Counted from the first letter of the stretch, positions 22,538-31,298 are shown. The stretch: DNA of 64,000 nt from an uncultured Gammaproteobacteria bacterium (GCA_964395115.1 CAYMZX010000006.1:26041-90040); one strand, 5' to 3'. Made by a program: numbers and translations. The notes: a model not told the origin generated them from the letters alone.

Positions 22538-23164
22538 ATGGAAAAACTTACATCGCTTTTTGTTGAACATTTAACGCTACTAATTAGTCAGTATGGAGAA
22601 TGGGCTGTATTCTTGCTTATGACTGCGGAATCGGCTTTGATTCCTATCCCTTCGGAAATAACCATGCCTTTCGCTGGCTTTCTGGCTGGAAGGGGAGTAT
22701 TGAATTTCTGGATTATAGTTACAATTGGGGCCGTTGGCAATGTACTTGGTTCGGTTTTGGCCTATTGGTTGGGATATGCCAAAGGCGAGATCTGGATTCG
22801 GTTAGCCATTAGAAAATGGGGAAAGTGGCTTTTAATCAGAGAATCGGAGTTGGATGTAGGAATGGGGTGGTTACAGAAATATGGTCATGTCGTCGCCTTT
22901 ATTTCCAGACTTCTTCCAGTCGTTAGAACTTTTGTTTCATTACCCGCAGGAATTGCCAAAATTAATCTTTTAAAATTTTCTATTTTAACTTTCGTTGGTT
23001 CTTTCCTCTGGTCTTCAGCACTGGCTTATTTAGGACTTAAATTAGGTCAGAACTGGCTGGCAATAGAGCCTTACTTTAGAAAATTTCAGTTTCTAATTGT
23101 TGGTCTGGGAATCACGGCTGTTATTTTCTATATCTATTCCCACATAAAAAAGAGGGGCGAGTAG
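22538..23164 (+). CDS. DedA family membrane protein
   Basis: ESALIPIPSE, SRLLPVVRTFVSLPAG. Confidence 0.9.
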   Translation: MEKLTSLFVEHLTLLISQYGEWAVFLLMTAESALIPIPSEITMPFAGFLAGRGVLNFWIIVTIGAVGNVLGSVLAYWLGYAKGEIWIRLAIRKWGKWLLIRESELDVGMGWLQKYGHVVAFISRLLPVVRTFVSLPAGIAKINLLKFSILTFVGSFLWSSALAYLGLKLGQNWLAIEPYFRKFQFLIVGLGITAVIFYIYSHIKKRGE

Positions 23165-23190
23165 TCCTTCTTCCTTGACAATTATTCGGT

Positions 23191-23814
23191 TTAATTTCTT
23201 CCGTATCGTCGAATCAGTCCTACAACTCTACCTTGGATTCTAACGTTTTTGACAAAAATAGGGCTCATTTTGGCATTGGCAGGCTCTAACCTTATGCGGG
23301 TCGCTTCTCTAAAAATCCTTTTTAAAGTCGCCATCCCATTATCAAGAAGCGCAACAACAATTTCGCCGTCCGAGGCGTCTTCCGTTTGTTCCACTACCAC
23401 GTAATCCCCATCTCTTATTTGTTCTTCGATCATACTCTCACCTCGAACCTGGAGCACATAAACACGTTTTTTCCCGGAGACAAACGCGGATGGAATTACC
23501 ATGGTCGCGTTTGGATCGGTATACGGTTCTATTGGTGTTCCTGCGGCAATAAAACCTAATATAGGGACTTCCATTTCCGAATAAAAAAACTTAATTTCAG
23601 ACTGACTGAGTTCTATAGCTCTAGTTTTCCCTGCCTTTCTCTTTAAAAGTCTTTTATTTTCCAAGGCGGTCAAGTGCTCATGTACGGTTGCCAAGGAAGA
23701 AACCCCAATCGCCTCGGCAATTTGCTTCAGGGTTGGAGCCGTACCATGGGCTTGTATATGCTGTTTTATAAAGTCTAAAATCTGTTTCTGTCTTTTATAT
23801 AATACTGGTGCCAT
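23191..23814 (-). CDS. lexA: SOS repressor LexA
   Basis: wHTH (PTLKQIA), AAG cleavage site, GESM serine, TLKR lysine; likely start MAPVL. Confidence 0.93.
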   Translation of the reverse strand: MAPVLYKRQKQILDFIKQHIQAHGTAPTLKQIAEAIGVSSLATVHEHLTALENKRLLKRKAGKTRAIELSQSEIKFFYSEMEVPILGFIAAGTPIEPYTDPNATMVIPSAFVSGKKRVYVLQVRGESMIEEQIRDGDYVVVEQTEDASDGEIVVALLDNGMATLKRIFREATRIRLEPANAKMSPIFVKNVRIQGRVVGLIRRYGRN

Positions 23815-23929
23815 TAAATACAAAATACAAATAAAACCCGAAAGTGTCAAGACCTAAATCTATATTCTATATACCTACTGTATTTTTTCCATACTGCCAT
23901 CGCTGAATTTTATTGTTAAACTACTATTA

Positions 23930-25789
23930 ATGAAGAAGCTTTTTGTAGTACTGTGCGTATTTATTCTCTTTTTGTTTTTACCGAAAAATGCGTTTTCGGT
24001 TGACAATTTTTATTCTAATGTCATCGTGGATTACGAGGTTCAAGAATCAGGTATTACGTTAGTTACGCATAGGGTTGCAGTCCAAAATTTAATCTCCGAG
24101 ATTTATGCTACCTCATATACCCTTACTCTAGATAATATCAATCCTCAAAAATTAAACGTTTACGAAGGATCTAATCGATCATCATTTTCAGTTAAAAAGG
24201 AGGGGGAAAGAACCTCAATAATTGTTCAGTTTCAAAACCCAGTTGTTGGTAAAGGAAAATCGAAGGAGTTTAGCATAGTTTATGAGGTCGAGAATTTAGC
24301 TGTCAGGACGGGGGAGGTTTGGGAAATTTCAATACCACGTCTTTCCCCAAATGAAAGTTCTCAAAATTATCAAGTTCGGCTTTCGGTACCACGCTCTTTT
24401 GGTACTGAAGCATATATTTACCCATCCCCACAGGAAGTTTTTCGTTCCGACTCAAGCATACAGTACACCTTTGATAGATCATCGATAAGTAAAAATAGCA
24501 TCGTCGCCGCTTTCGGATCATTCCAAATTTTTTCTTTTGTCTTAAATTATCATTTAGAAAACCCCTTACCCAAAATCGTTACAACCGAAATAGCCTTGCC
24601 GCCTGATACCCATCTCCAGCGGGTTTATTACCACTTCCTTAATCCTAAACCGAACAACGTCTATTTGGATCCTGACGGAAACTGGTTGGCTGTATATATA
24701 TTGAGGCCTAGAGAAAGAGTTGATATTGAAGCTCGCGGAACCGTTCAAATTTTTTCCGGACCTAGAACATTCCTAACTCCTAGCCCGGATACTCTCCAAG
24801 CCAATCTGCAGCCAACAAAATACTGGCAGTCAGATAACGAAAAGATTCAGTCACTGGCGAAAAAATTAGTCAAACCTAGAAACATTTATGATTTCGTCTG
24901 GCAAAATCTATCCTACAACTATTCCCGAGTTAAACCGAATGTCGAAAGGCTCGGAGCCGAAAAAGCACTAGAAGAGCCGCAAAATGCGATCTGTATGGAA
25001 TTTACCGATCTTTTTATAGCTCTTGCTCGGGCAGCCGGCACCCCGGCACGAGAAATAAATGGTTTTGCCTACACCGAAAATCCTAATATACAACCACTTA
25101 GTCTAGTGGCTGATGTTCTTCATTCGTGGCCAGAATATTGGGATTCCGAGAAGAAGGTCTGGGTAGCAATCGATCCTACCTGGGCATCCACGACAAAAGG
25201 GGTAGATTTTTTCTCAAAGCTGGATTTACGACACTTTACTTTTGTAATTCATGGTCGGGACGACCAGAAACCTTTTCCTCCCGGATCGTATAAGTTGGGT
25301 CCGAATCCCCAAAAAGATGTCTTTGTAAGCTTTGGTTCCCTTCCTGAAGAAAGAATTAGCTATCCGATAATCGAAGTCCACAGTATTAAAAGATTTCCAT
25401 TTACAAGCCCCAAGTATAAAGTAAGGATCACCAACCCGGGTCCGGTTGCTCTGTATAATTTACCAACTTCTATCTTTTTTGATGACAAAACCCAAAAAAT
25501 AGATAATCTTGAAGCCCTTCTACCATTTGCAAGTGTCGAAAATGTTATTTCTATCCCCTATAGTTTTCTGGGTAGCAAAACACCAGAAAAAATAACCGTT
25601 ATTGCCGGAGACAGGCAATTTCAAATGCTCACCGAAAAAAACCAAATTATAAACGAGTGGCTGATTGTCGTTTCTGTGGTCGTTTTCACTCTTCTTTTAT
25701 TCGCTTTGTTTAAGCTTAAAGGTGTAAATTTAAAGATTTGGTTACAAAAATTCATTAAAGCTGTTAGAAAACAAAAAGAAATCGATTAA
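23930..25789 (+). CDS. Secreted, membrane-anchored transglutaminase-like protein
   Basis: Signal peptide, CMEFTDL / LHSWPEYW / DPTW triad, C-terminal TM helix. Confidence 0.85.
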   Translation: MKKLFVVLCVFILFLFLPKNAFSVDNFYSNVIVDYEVQESGITLVTHRVAVQNLISEIYATSYTLTLDNINPQKLNVYEGSNRSSFSVKKEGERTSIIVQFQNPVVGKGKSKEFSIVYEVENLAVRTGEVWEISIPRLSPNESSQNYQVRLSVPRSFGTEAYIYPSPQEVFRSDSSIQYTFDRSSISKNSIVAAFGSFQIFSFVLNYHLENPLPKIVTTEIALPPDTHLQRVYYHFLNPKPNNVYLDPDGNWLAVYILRPRERVDIEARGTVQIFSGPRTFLTPSPDTLQANLQPTKYWQSDNEKIQSLAKKLVKPRNIYDFVWQNLSYNYSRVKPNVERLGAEKALEEPQNAICMEFTDLFIALARAAGTPAREINGFAYTENPNIQPLSLVADVLHSWPEYWDSEKKVWVAIDPTWASTTKGVDFFSKLDLRHFTFVIHGRDDQKPFPPGSYKLGPNPQKDVFVSFGSLPEERISYPIIEVHSIKRFPFTSPKYKVRITNPGPVALYNLPTSIFFDDKTQKIDNLEALLPFASVENVISIPYSFLGSKTPEKITVIAGDRQFQMLTEKNQIINEWLIVVSVVVFTLLLFALFKLKGVNLKIWLQKFIKAVRKQKEID

Positions 25790-25861
25790 ACAATTAGACT
25801 TTAAAATATATCTCGCTGCTTGATTTGACAATTTATACTCCTAACTGTGATACTGAAACTA

Positions 25862-26263
25862 ATGAAAGCAATCCTGAGACAGTACGTGTTTGAAACAGTC
25901 ACCCTATATATATCTTCCCAGGTAGCCTCGGGTATGGTTTTTGAAAAAGGAACAGCAACCATATTAATGGCTGGAATTGGATTAACAATCGCAACGCTCA
26001 TTGTTAGACCACTTGTCAATATTCTCATTCTCCCTTTAAATTTAATAACCTTCGGTCTCTTTAAATGGGTTTCTTCCGCGGTTGCTCTTTATTTGGTTAC
26101 TCTTATCGTTCCGGGGTTCAAAATAACCTTATTTTTTTTCGAGGGGTTTTCTAGCAAATGGATAGATATACCATCCTTTCAATTAGAAGGTGTTTTGGCC
26201 TATATTGCCTATTCTTTTTTGATATCCTTCATTGCTTCCTTATTACATTGGCTTGTCAAGTAG
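25862..26263 (+). CDS. 4-TM phage-holin-family (YvlD-like) membrane protein
   Basis: VRPL...LPLNLITFGLF motif. Confidence 0.75.
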   Translation: MKAILRQYVFETVTLYISSQVASGMVFEKGTATILMAGIGLTIATLIVRPLVNILILPLNLITFGLFKWVSSAVALYLVTLIVPGFKITLFFFEGFSSKWIDIPSFQLEGVLAYIAYSFLISFIASLLHWLVK

Positions 26264-26295
26264 CTTTTCGCTATAATTAGAGCATTAATCGAACC

Positions 26296-26508
26296 GTGGC
26301 TACCACTTTATTGATTTTACAGATAATCGTATCCATTCTTCTAATTAGTTTGATATTGGTCCAAAGCAAAGGTACAGGCTTTGGACGCGTTTGGGGATCT
26401 TCTAATGTAAGTTTCGCCCGAAGGGGTCTAGAAAAATTAGTTTTTCGGGCAACATTTATCCTTTCGGGTATTTTTTTAATAATATCCTTGCTGCAAATCC
26501 TTGTTTAA
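26296..26508 (+). CDS. secG: Preprotein translocase subunit SecG
   Basis: ILVQSKGTG...RRGLEK with two TM helices. Confidence 0.88.
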   Translation: MATTLLILQIIVSILLISLILVQSKGTGFGRVWGSSNVSFARRGLEKLVFRATFILSGIFLIISLLQILV

Positions 26509-27831
26509 ATGCGCACTATCCGATATTTGTTCCGATTAATTTTTACCTTTTTGGCAAGGTTTAAAGGAGTTATTTTGATCGGAGTTATTTTAGGCGTAAT
26601 TATCTTTATCTTTGTCCACCTTTTTGGAAAAACATGGTTCTTTCGAAAAACAGAAAAAATTGGAATTGTTGGGAAATACCACTTAGACAACCTTCCTATC
26701 GGCATAACTACATTAATAGCCAACGGGCTAGCAAAGATAAATAGCGATGGTTCGGTCGAGCCGGATTTAGCCAAATCTTGGGAGACGGCCGACAATGGAA
26801 AAACGTGGATATTTACCCTAAAAGATCATTTGCGATGGCAAGACGGGAAAAGACTGACAAGCTTGGATATCAACTATCAATTTTCAGACGCTGAGATAGA
26901 AAAACCCGATGAAAATACTATAATTTTCAAACTCCAGAGCCCTTTCGCTCCCTTTCCTGCCGTTGTTTCTAAACCAATTTTTAAAAAGGGTTTGCTTGGG
27001 ACCGGCGAGTGGAAGGTGGATAAAGCTAGTACGTTGGGCGGATTTGTCCAGAAAATTGTATTGATAAACGGCCAAGGAAATAAGAAAATATTCAAATTCT
27101 ACCCTACCGAGGAAAGAGCTAAATTAGGGTTTAAACTAGGAGAAATCGACATACTCGCCGAAATTTTTAATCCCACACCTTTTACTTCATGGAAAACAGT
27201 AGATGTTGAAGCAAATATTCAGAAGCGCCGGATTGTGGCAATATTTTTAAATACCCAAGATAAATTACTTGCCGAAAAAAGCTTCAGGCAGGCATTGGCA
27301 TACGGCATCAACAAAGAAAAGTTTGAAGGTCCAAGAGCCATAAGTTGTATTTCGCCCGATTCGTGGGCATATAACCCTCAGGTTAAACCATATAACTATG
27401 ACGAAAATAAGGCCAAAAAATTATTATCTGAGCTCCCCGACGAATTAAAGGAAAACCCTACTTTAGTATTGGATACAACCTCCGTTCTCTTGCCAATTGC
27501 CGAGGCAGTAGTTAAAGATTGGCAGGCGATCGGCATAAATGCTTCAATTAAAGTAAATTCGGCAATTCCAGCGGACTATCGGGCATTGTTAGTAATAGTG
27601 GAAATTCCGCAAGATCCAGACCAGTATTCGCTTTGGCATTCTACCCAGATCGCCTCAAATATATCCAAGTATTCTAATCCAAGAATAGATAAATTACTAG
27701 AAGAAGGTCGGTCGCAGTTAAATATTGAAGAAAGAAGAAAGATTTACCTAGACTTCCAAAGGTTTCTTCTTGAAGACTCGCCAGCAATTTTTCTTTACCA
27801 CCCACCCCTTTACACTATTAGGAGAAAATAA
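26509..27831 (+). CDS. ABC transporter substrate-binding protein (family 5)
   Basis: PDLAKSW, WQDGK.LT, RQAL..GI, P.IFLY. Confidence 0.85.
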   Translation: MRTIRYLFRLIFTFLARFKGVILIGVILGVIIFIFVHLFGKTWFFRKTEKIGIVGKYHLDNLPIGITTLIANGLAKINSDGSVEPDLAKSWETADNGKTWIFTLKDHLRWQDGKRLTSLDINYQFSDAEIEKPDENTIIFKLQSPFAPFPAVVSKPIFKKGLLGTGEWKVDKASTLGGFVQKIVLINGQGNKKIFKFYPTEERAKLGFKLGEIDILAEIFNPTPFTSWKTVDVEANIQKRRIVAIFLNTQDKLLAEKSFRQALAYGINKEKFEGPRAISCISPDSWAYNPQVKPYNYDENKAKKLLSELPDELKENPTLVLDTTSVLLPIAEAVVKDWQAIGINASIKVNSAIPADYRALLVIVEIPQDPDQYSLWHSTQIASNISKYSNPRIDKLLEEGRSQLNIEERRKIYLDFQRFLLEDSPAIFLYHPPLYTIRRK

Positions 27832-27884
27832 ATCGTGTAAAGACAGAAAAAGGCAGATTAAACTTAGGGCCACCCGAGGCATCG

Positions 27885-27959
27885 GGGTGGCTGACGCGAT
27901 TCGAACGCGCAACCTCAAGGTCCACAACCTCGCGCTCTAGCCATTGAGCTACAGCCACC
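27885..27959 (-). tRNA. tRNA-His(GTG)
   Basis: Cloverleaf on the minus strand, anticodon loop TT-GTG-GA, encoded G-1, T-loop TTCGAAT. Confidence 0.93.
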
Positions 27960-28060
27960 AAATTGAGGATGCTAAATAATATTATAGCAAAACCTAATTA
28001 AAAAAATTAGAAAATCGCTTCCCGGGCGAGGATTTAATTTAACAACCTTTCCAGGGGGGA

Positions 28061-28561
28061 TTATTGAAGCTTCGATTTGGGGTTTACCCAAAGCATCCAT
28101 CCATCAACCCATGTTCGACCATGAACATCCAGAGTGTCGTACCAGCGTTTATTAAATTCATTTTTACCTATCTGCCAAATTCCTTTACGTGACGTAGAAG
28201 GATCAACAAGGGTTAACACTTTAGCCTTTTTGTCGTAATCGCCGACTATCGAATAATGTCCGCAAGGTTCGTCTTCATCTAAGTCATCGGTCCAGTTTAC
28301 AATAACAATATTTCCTTTATTTAAATGATGTTCAATGTCGGCAAAAATGGCATTTATTTTGTAGTTTACGATCTTGAAAAATTTACTTAGGTAGGACAGC
28401 ATGATTTGCTGATTGGTACCCCACCAATCTTTGTAAATCGCCCTGGCTATTTCCTTCTGAGTTTTTTTTATCCCCACGGCAAGGAGAACCATTTGAACCA
28501 CCGCCGGTCCGCACCAGCCGGGTTTTTCCTGAAAACGGTGATATTTATTCCATGAAATCAT
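28061..28561 (-). CDS. C39-like cysteine peptidase
   Basis: Q....WCGPA, GHYS, DP catalytic pattern. Confidence 0.8.
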   Translation of the reverse strand: MISWNKYHRFQEKPGWCGPAVVQMVLLAVGIKKTQKEIARAIYKDWWGTNQQIMLSYLSKFFKIVNYKINAIFADIEHHLNKGNIVIVNWTDDLDEDEPCGHYSIVGDYDKKAKVLTLVDPSTSRKGIWQIGKNEFNKRWYDTLDVHGRTWVDGWMLWVNPKSKLQ

Positions 28562-28564
28562 AAG

Positions 28565-28635
28565 AGCGGGGTACGGGAGTCGAACCCGTCTTCTCAGCTT
28601 GGAAAGCTGATGTTGAACCGCTCAACTAACCCCGC
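28565..28635 (-). tRNA. tRNA-Gly(TCC)
   Basis: Anticodon arm TCAGC-TTTCCAA-GCTGA; T-loop TTCGACT. Confidence 0.92.
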
Positions 28636-28643
28636 TAATGGTT

Positions 28644-28720
28644 TGGTCGGGGAGGGCGGACTCGAACCGCCGACCTCACGCTCCCAAAGCGCGCACTCTA
28701 ACCAACTGAGCTACTCCCCG
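28644..28720 (-). tRNA. tRNA-Pro(TGG)
   Basis: CGGGGAG acceptor stem, loop TT-TGG-GA, encoded CCA. Confidence 0.95.
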
Positions 28721-28737
28721 TTAATTTCCCGCGATTG

Positions 28738-28822
28738 TGCCGGGAGGGAGACTCGAACTCCCACGCTACATTCGTAGCAACAGATTTTAAGTCTGTCCTG
28801 TCTACCGTTCCAGCATCCCGGC
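28738..28822 (-). tRNA. tRNA-Leu(TAA)
   Basis: ACAGA-CTTAAAA-TCTGT anticodon arm; long variable arm. Confidence 0.93.
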
Positions 28823-28917
28823 CCACCTGCAAGTGATATTTTACTATATAATTGACATTTCTTCAGCTTTTCTCTAGTCTAAAATTAATAGCGTTTAGGA
28901 GGGGAGGTGATATAAAG

Positions 28918-29304
28918 GTGAGAAAGCCGGTGGCTTTATTAATTTTCTGGATGTTAAACTGCATAATTCTTTACGTCGCCTCTGTTATTTTCCCGCAAAG
29001 TTATGAATTGGGTACCTATCGAATTAGCGAGTTATCGTCAGCGATCTTTGCTGGTTTTTCCTGGACGGCCCTTGTGTGGATAGGCAAGCAAATATTAAAG
29101 CGGTTTGGAGTGAAGCTAGCCAAGGAAAAAGAACGAGTAGTCTATTATTATATTCCCGCCAACTTCATTGCTCTGTGGCTAATATCTAGATTCAGCTACT
29201 TTTTCGGATTCGGAATTGTTAGTTTCTGGTGGGCCCTATTGCTTGGAGTTGCGGCCGCTTTTTTGCAGTTTGGTGTCTGGAGGCTAGTAAAAAAAGGTAA
29301 ATAG
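28918..29304 (+). CDS. Hypothetical 4-TM membrane protein
   Basis: Hydrophobic ORF; SD GGAGGTG upstream of GTG 28918. Confidence 0.7.
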   Translation: MRKPVALLIFWMLNCIILYVASVIFPQSYELGTYRISELSSAIFAGFSWTALVWIGKQILKRFGVKLAKEKERVVYYYIPANFIALWLISRFSYFFGFGIVSFWWALLLGVAAAFLQFGVWRLVKKGK

Positions 29305-29309
29305 ATCAA

Positions 29310-29384
29310 TGGCGCCCCTGGAAGGAATCGAACCCTCACCTCATGGTCCGAAGCCATGCGCTCTATCCGTTAAGCCACAGGGGC
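29310..29384 (-). tRNA. tRNA-Arg(TCG)
   Basis: CATGG-CTTCGGA-CCATG anticodon arm; encoded CCA. Confidence 0.92.
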
Positions 29385-29419
29385 ATTAAATTATTTTCGC
29401 TATAATTATACCTCATAAA

Positions 29420-30493
29420 ATGAGTTTTACCCAAACAGTCAACGCCCTCGAAGAAGAAATACGAAAAACTCCTTACAATAAGGCAACGGAACATCATATT
29501 GGCAAACTCCGAGCGAGATTAGCCCGAATTAAAGAAAAACAACTGGAAAAAGAAAATAGGTCGGTGGGGGGCGGAACTGGATTTGCCGTCAAAAAACAAG
29601 GCGATGCCACTGTTGTTTTAATCGGACCTCCTTCGGTCGGAAAATCAACTCTTTTAAACCGTCTGACTAATGCTAAATCAAAAGTGGCACCATATATTTT
29701 TTCTACCGTCTCGGTTATACCGGGAATGCTTCTTTACCGAAATGCCCATATCCAGATTTTGGATCTTCCTGGTCTGATTGAGGGAGCCCGTCAGGGTAAA
29801 GGATTGGGGAAAGAGGTTATTTCGGTAGCCCGCGTTGCTGACCTACTTGTTATTATGTCTGAAATTGGAAAGGAGGACTCGAGTAAGACTATTTTGAACG
29901 AATTAGAGAAAGCCGGCATTCGTATAAACAAGGAAAGACCTAAGATTAAAATTCAAAAAAAAATTTCCGGAGGAATAGTCATCTGTTCCAATACCAAACA
30001 ATTATTATCCAAGGAGACAATTAGAGATGTTGTTTCGGAATTTGGAATTAAAAATGCTACAGTAACACTGGAGGAAAATATTACATTAGATCAATTACTG
30101 GACTGTCTCTCTCAAAGCACGGTTTATTTGCCTGCGATTTTTGTTGTCAACAAAGCCGATAAGATAAAAAAACGAACCCAACTTACTTATGATGATATTC
30201 TATATATTAGTGCAAAAGACGGCTCTGGTCTCGAACAGTTAAAAGAAAAAATTTGGGAAAAATTAAAACTAGTGGAATTATATTTGATCAAGCCCGGCGA
30301 ACCCATGGGAAGACATACACCAATTATTATGAAAAAAGGCGAAACTCTTTACGATATAACCTTGAAAATAGGGTCTGAATTTGCTAGGAGTAAAAAGCTA
30401 GCTAAAATCTGGGGCGGTTCTGCTAGTTTTCCTGGGCAGTCGGTACCTTTAACAAGGGTAGTTGAACAAGATCTGATGGTTATGTTTATATGA
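29420..30493 (+). CDS. DRG/RBG-family (Obg superfamily) GTPase with TGS domain
   Basis: N-terminal NKATEHHIG.L.A.LA signature, GPPSVGKST, DLPG, NKAD, C-terminal TGS-like region. Confidence 0.85.
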   Translation: MSFTQTVNALEEEIRKTPYNKATEHHIGKLRARLARIKEKQLEKENRSVGGGTGFAVKKQGDATVVLIGPPSVGKSTLLNRLTNAKSKVAPYIFSTVSVIPGMLLYRNAHIQILDLPGLIEGARQGKGLGKEVISVARVADLLVIMSEIGKEDSSKTILNELEKAGIRINKERPKIKIQKKISGGIVICSNTKQLLSKETIRDVVSEFGIKNATVTLEENITLDQLLDCLSQSTVYLPAIFVVNKADKIKKRTQLTYDDILYISAKDGSGLEQLKEKIWEKLKLVELYLIKPGEPMGRHTPIIMKKGETLYDITLKIGSEFARSKKLAKIWGGSASFPGQSVPLTRVVEQDLMVMFI

Positions 30494-30524
30494 AGCAGTG
30501 TTTTTGATATAATCTACACGTACT

Positions 30525-30608
30525 GCAGACGTGGCGGAATGGTAGACGCGTACGGTTCAGGGCCGTATGAGGTTTACCCTCGTAGAGGTTCAAATCCTCT
30601 CGTCTGCA
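30525..30608 (+). tRNA. tRNA-Leu(CAG)
   Basis: TACGG-TTCAGGG-CCGTA anticodon arm, variable arm, T-loop TTCAAAT. Confidence 0.94.
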
Positions 30609-30685
30609 CTCGCAGCTCGTGAGAGATCGGATTTGAAAGTGCCAAGTAAGGAAAACGCTTTGCACACAAATCCTCTCGTCTGCAC
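30591..30685 (+). repeat. 19-bp direct repeat of the tRNA-Leu(CAG) 3' end flanking a 57-bp insert
   Basis: CAAATCCTCTCGTCTGCAC at 30591-30609 and at 30667-30685. Confidence 0.9.
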
Positions 30686-30692
30686 CCGACAA

Positions 30693-30775
30693 GCACTCGT
30701 GGCGGAATTGGCATACGCGATAGCTTGAGGAGCTATGCCCGTAAGGGCGTGGGAGTTCGAGTCTCCCCGAGTGCA
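30693..30775 (+). tRNA. tRNA-Leu(GAG)
   Basis: ATAGC-TTGAGGA-GCTAT anticodon arm; variable arm GCCC-GTAA-GGGC. Confidence 0.94.
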
Positions 30776-30858
30776 CTCACATACGTTCGTGCTCACGTGG
30801 ATGCTCGATAGTGCCAAGTAAGGTAAGAGGCTTTGCACACGAGTCTCCCCGAGTGCAC
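30758..30858 (+). repeat. 19-bp direct repeat of the tRNA-Leu(GAG) 3' end flanking a 63-bp insert
   Basis: CGAGTCTCCCCGAGTGCAC at 30758-30776 and at 30840-30858. Confidence 0.9.
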
Positions 30859-30868
30859 AAAAACAGTT

Positions 30869-30942
30869 GGTCGCTTAGCTCAGCCGGTTAGAGCGTGCGG
30901 TTTACATCCGCAAGGTCGCAGGTTCGATTCCTGCAGCGACCA
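30869..30942 (+). tRNA. tRNA-Val(TAC)
   Basis: TGCGG-TTTACAT-CCGCA anticodon arm. Confidence 0.93.
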
Positions 30943-30947
30943 CAAAT

Positions 30948-31020
30948 GCTGGGATAGCCAAGGTGGTCACGGCGGGCGCCTGAAGAGCGTCAGATGTGTG
31001 TTCGACTCACACTCCCAGCA
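30948..31020 (+). tRNA. tRNA-Phe(GAA)
   Basis: GGCGC-CTGAAGA-GCGTC anticodon arm; GCTGGGA/TCCCAGC acceptor stem. Confidence 0.9.
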
Positions 31021-31025
31021 CCTAA

Positions 31026-31097
31026 GCGGGCGTAGTTTACCGGCAAAACGCTTCCTTGCCAAGGAAGAGAAAGTGGGTTCAATTCCCATCGCCCGCT
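31026..31097 (+). tRNA. tRNA-Gly(GCC)
   Basis: CTTCC-TTGCCAA-GGAAG anticodon arm. Confidence 0.92.
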
Positions 31098-31101
31098 CTG
31101 C

Positions 31102-31175
31102 GCCCCCGTAGCTCAATTGGACAGAGCATATCGGTTCTAACGATGCGGTTGAGCGTTCGAGTCGCTCCGGGGGCA
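31102..31175 (+). tRNA. tRNA-Arg(TCT)
   Basis: TATCG-GTTCTAA-CGATG anticodon arm (atypical G at position 32). Confidence 0.87.
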
Positions 31176-31179
31176 CTTG

Positions 31180-31217
31180 GGGCCTGTAGCTTAACGGTAG
31201 AGCGATTAACTCTTTAG
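31180..31217 (+). pseudogene. Orphan tRNA 5' half (Lys-CTT-like)
   Basis: GGGCCTG-TA-GCTT-AACGGTA-GAGC-G-ATTAA-CTCTT provides acceptor 5' strand, D arm and anticodon; no matching 3' half follows. Confidence 0.6.
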
Positions 31218-31226
31218 ATTGAAAAT

Positions 31227-31298
31227 GGGCCGCTAGCTCAACGGTAGAGCGGCGCCCTCTTAAGGCGACGGTTCCGAGTTCGAATCTCGGGCGGCTCA
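31227..31298 (+). tRNA. tRNA-Lys(CTT)
   Basis: CGCC-CTCTTAA-GGCG anticodon arm; T arm CCGAG-TTCGAAT-CTCGG. Confidence 0.9.

Noticed and set aside
23815-23929. LexA operator in the lexA upstream region
   Set aside because: No convincing palindrome or known SOS box could be identified by eye.
25862-26263. Prophage, suggested by the holin-family protein and the LSR
   Set aside because: No structural, terminase or replication genes are present; this membrane family is common in chromosomal context.
30609-30839. tRNA introns
   Set aside because: Both tRNA-Leu genes are complete before the inserts; the inserts follow the 3' end and duplicate it.
30591-30858. CRISPR array (repeat-spacer-like look)
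   Set aside because: Only pairs of repeats are present, the repeats are tRNA 3' ends that differ between units, and no cas genes are in the window.
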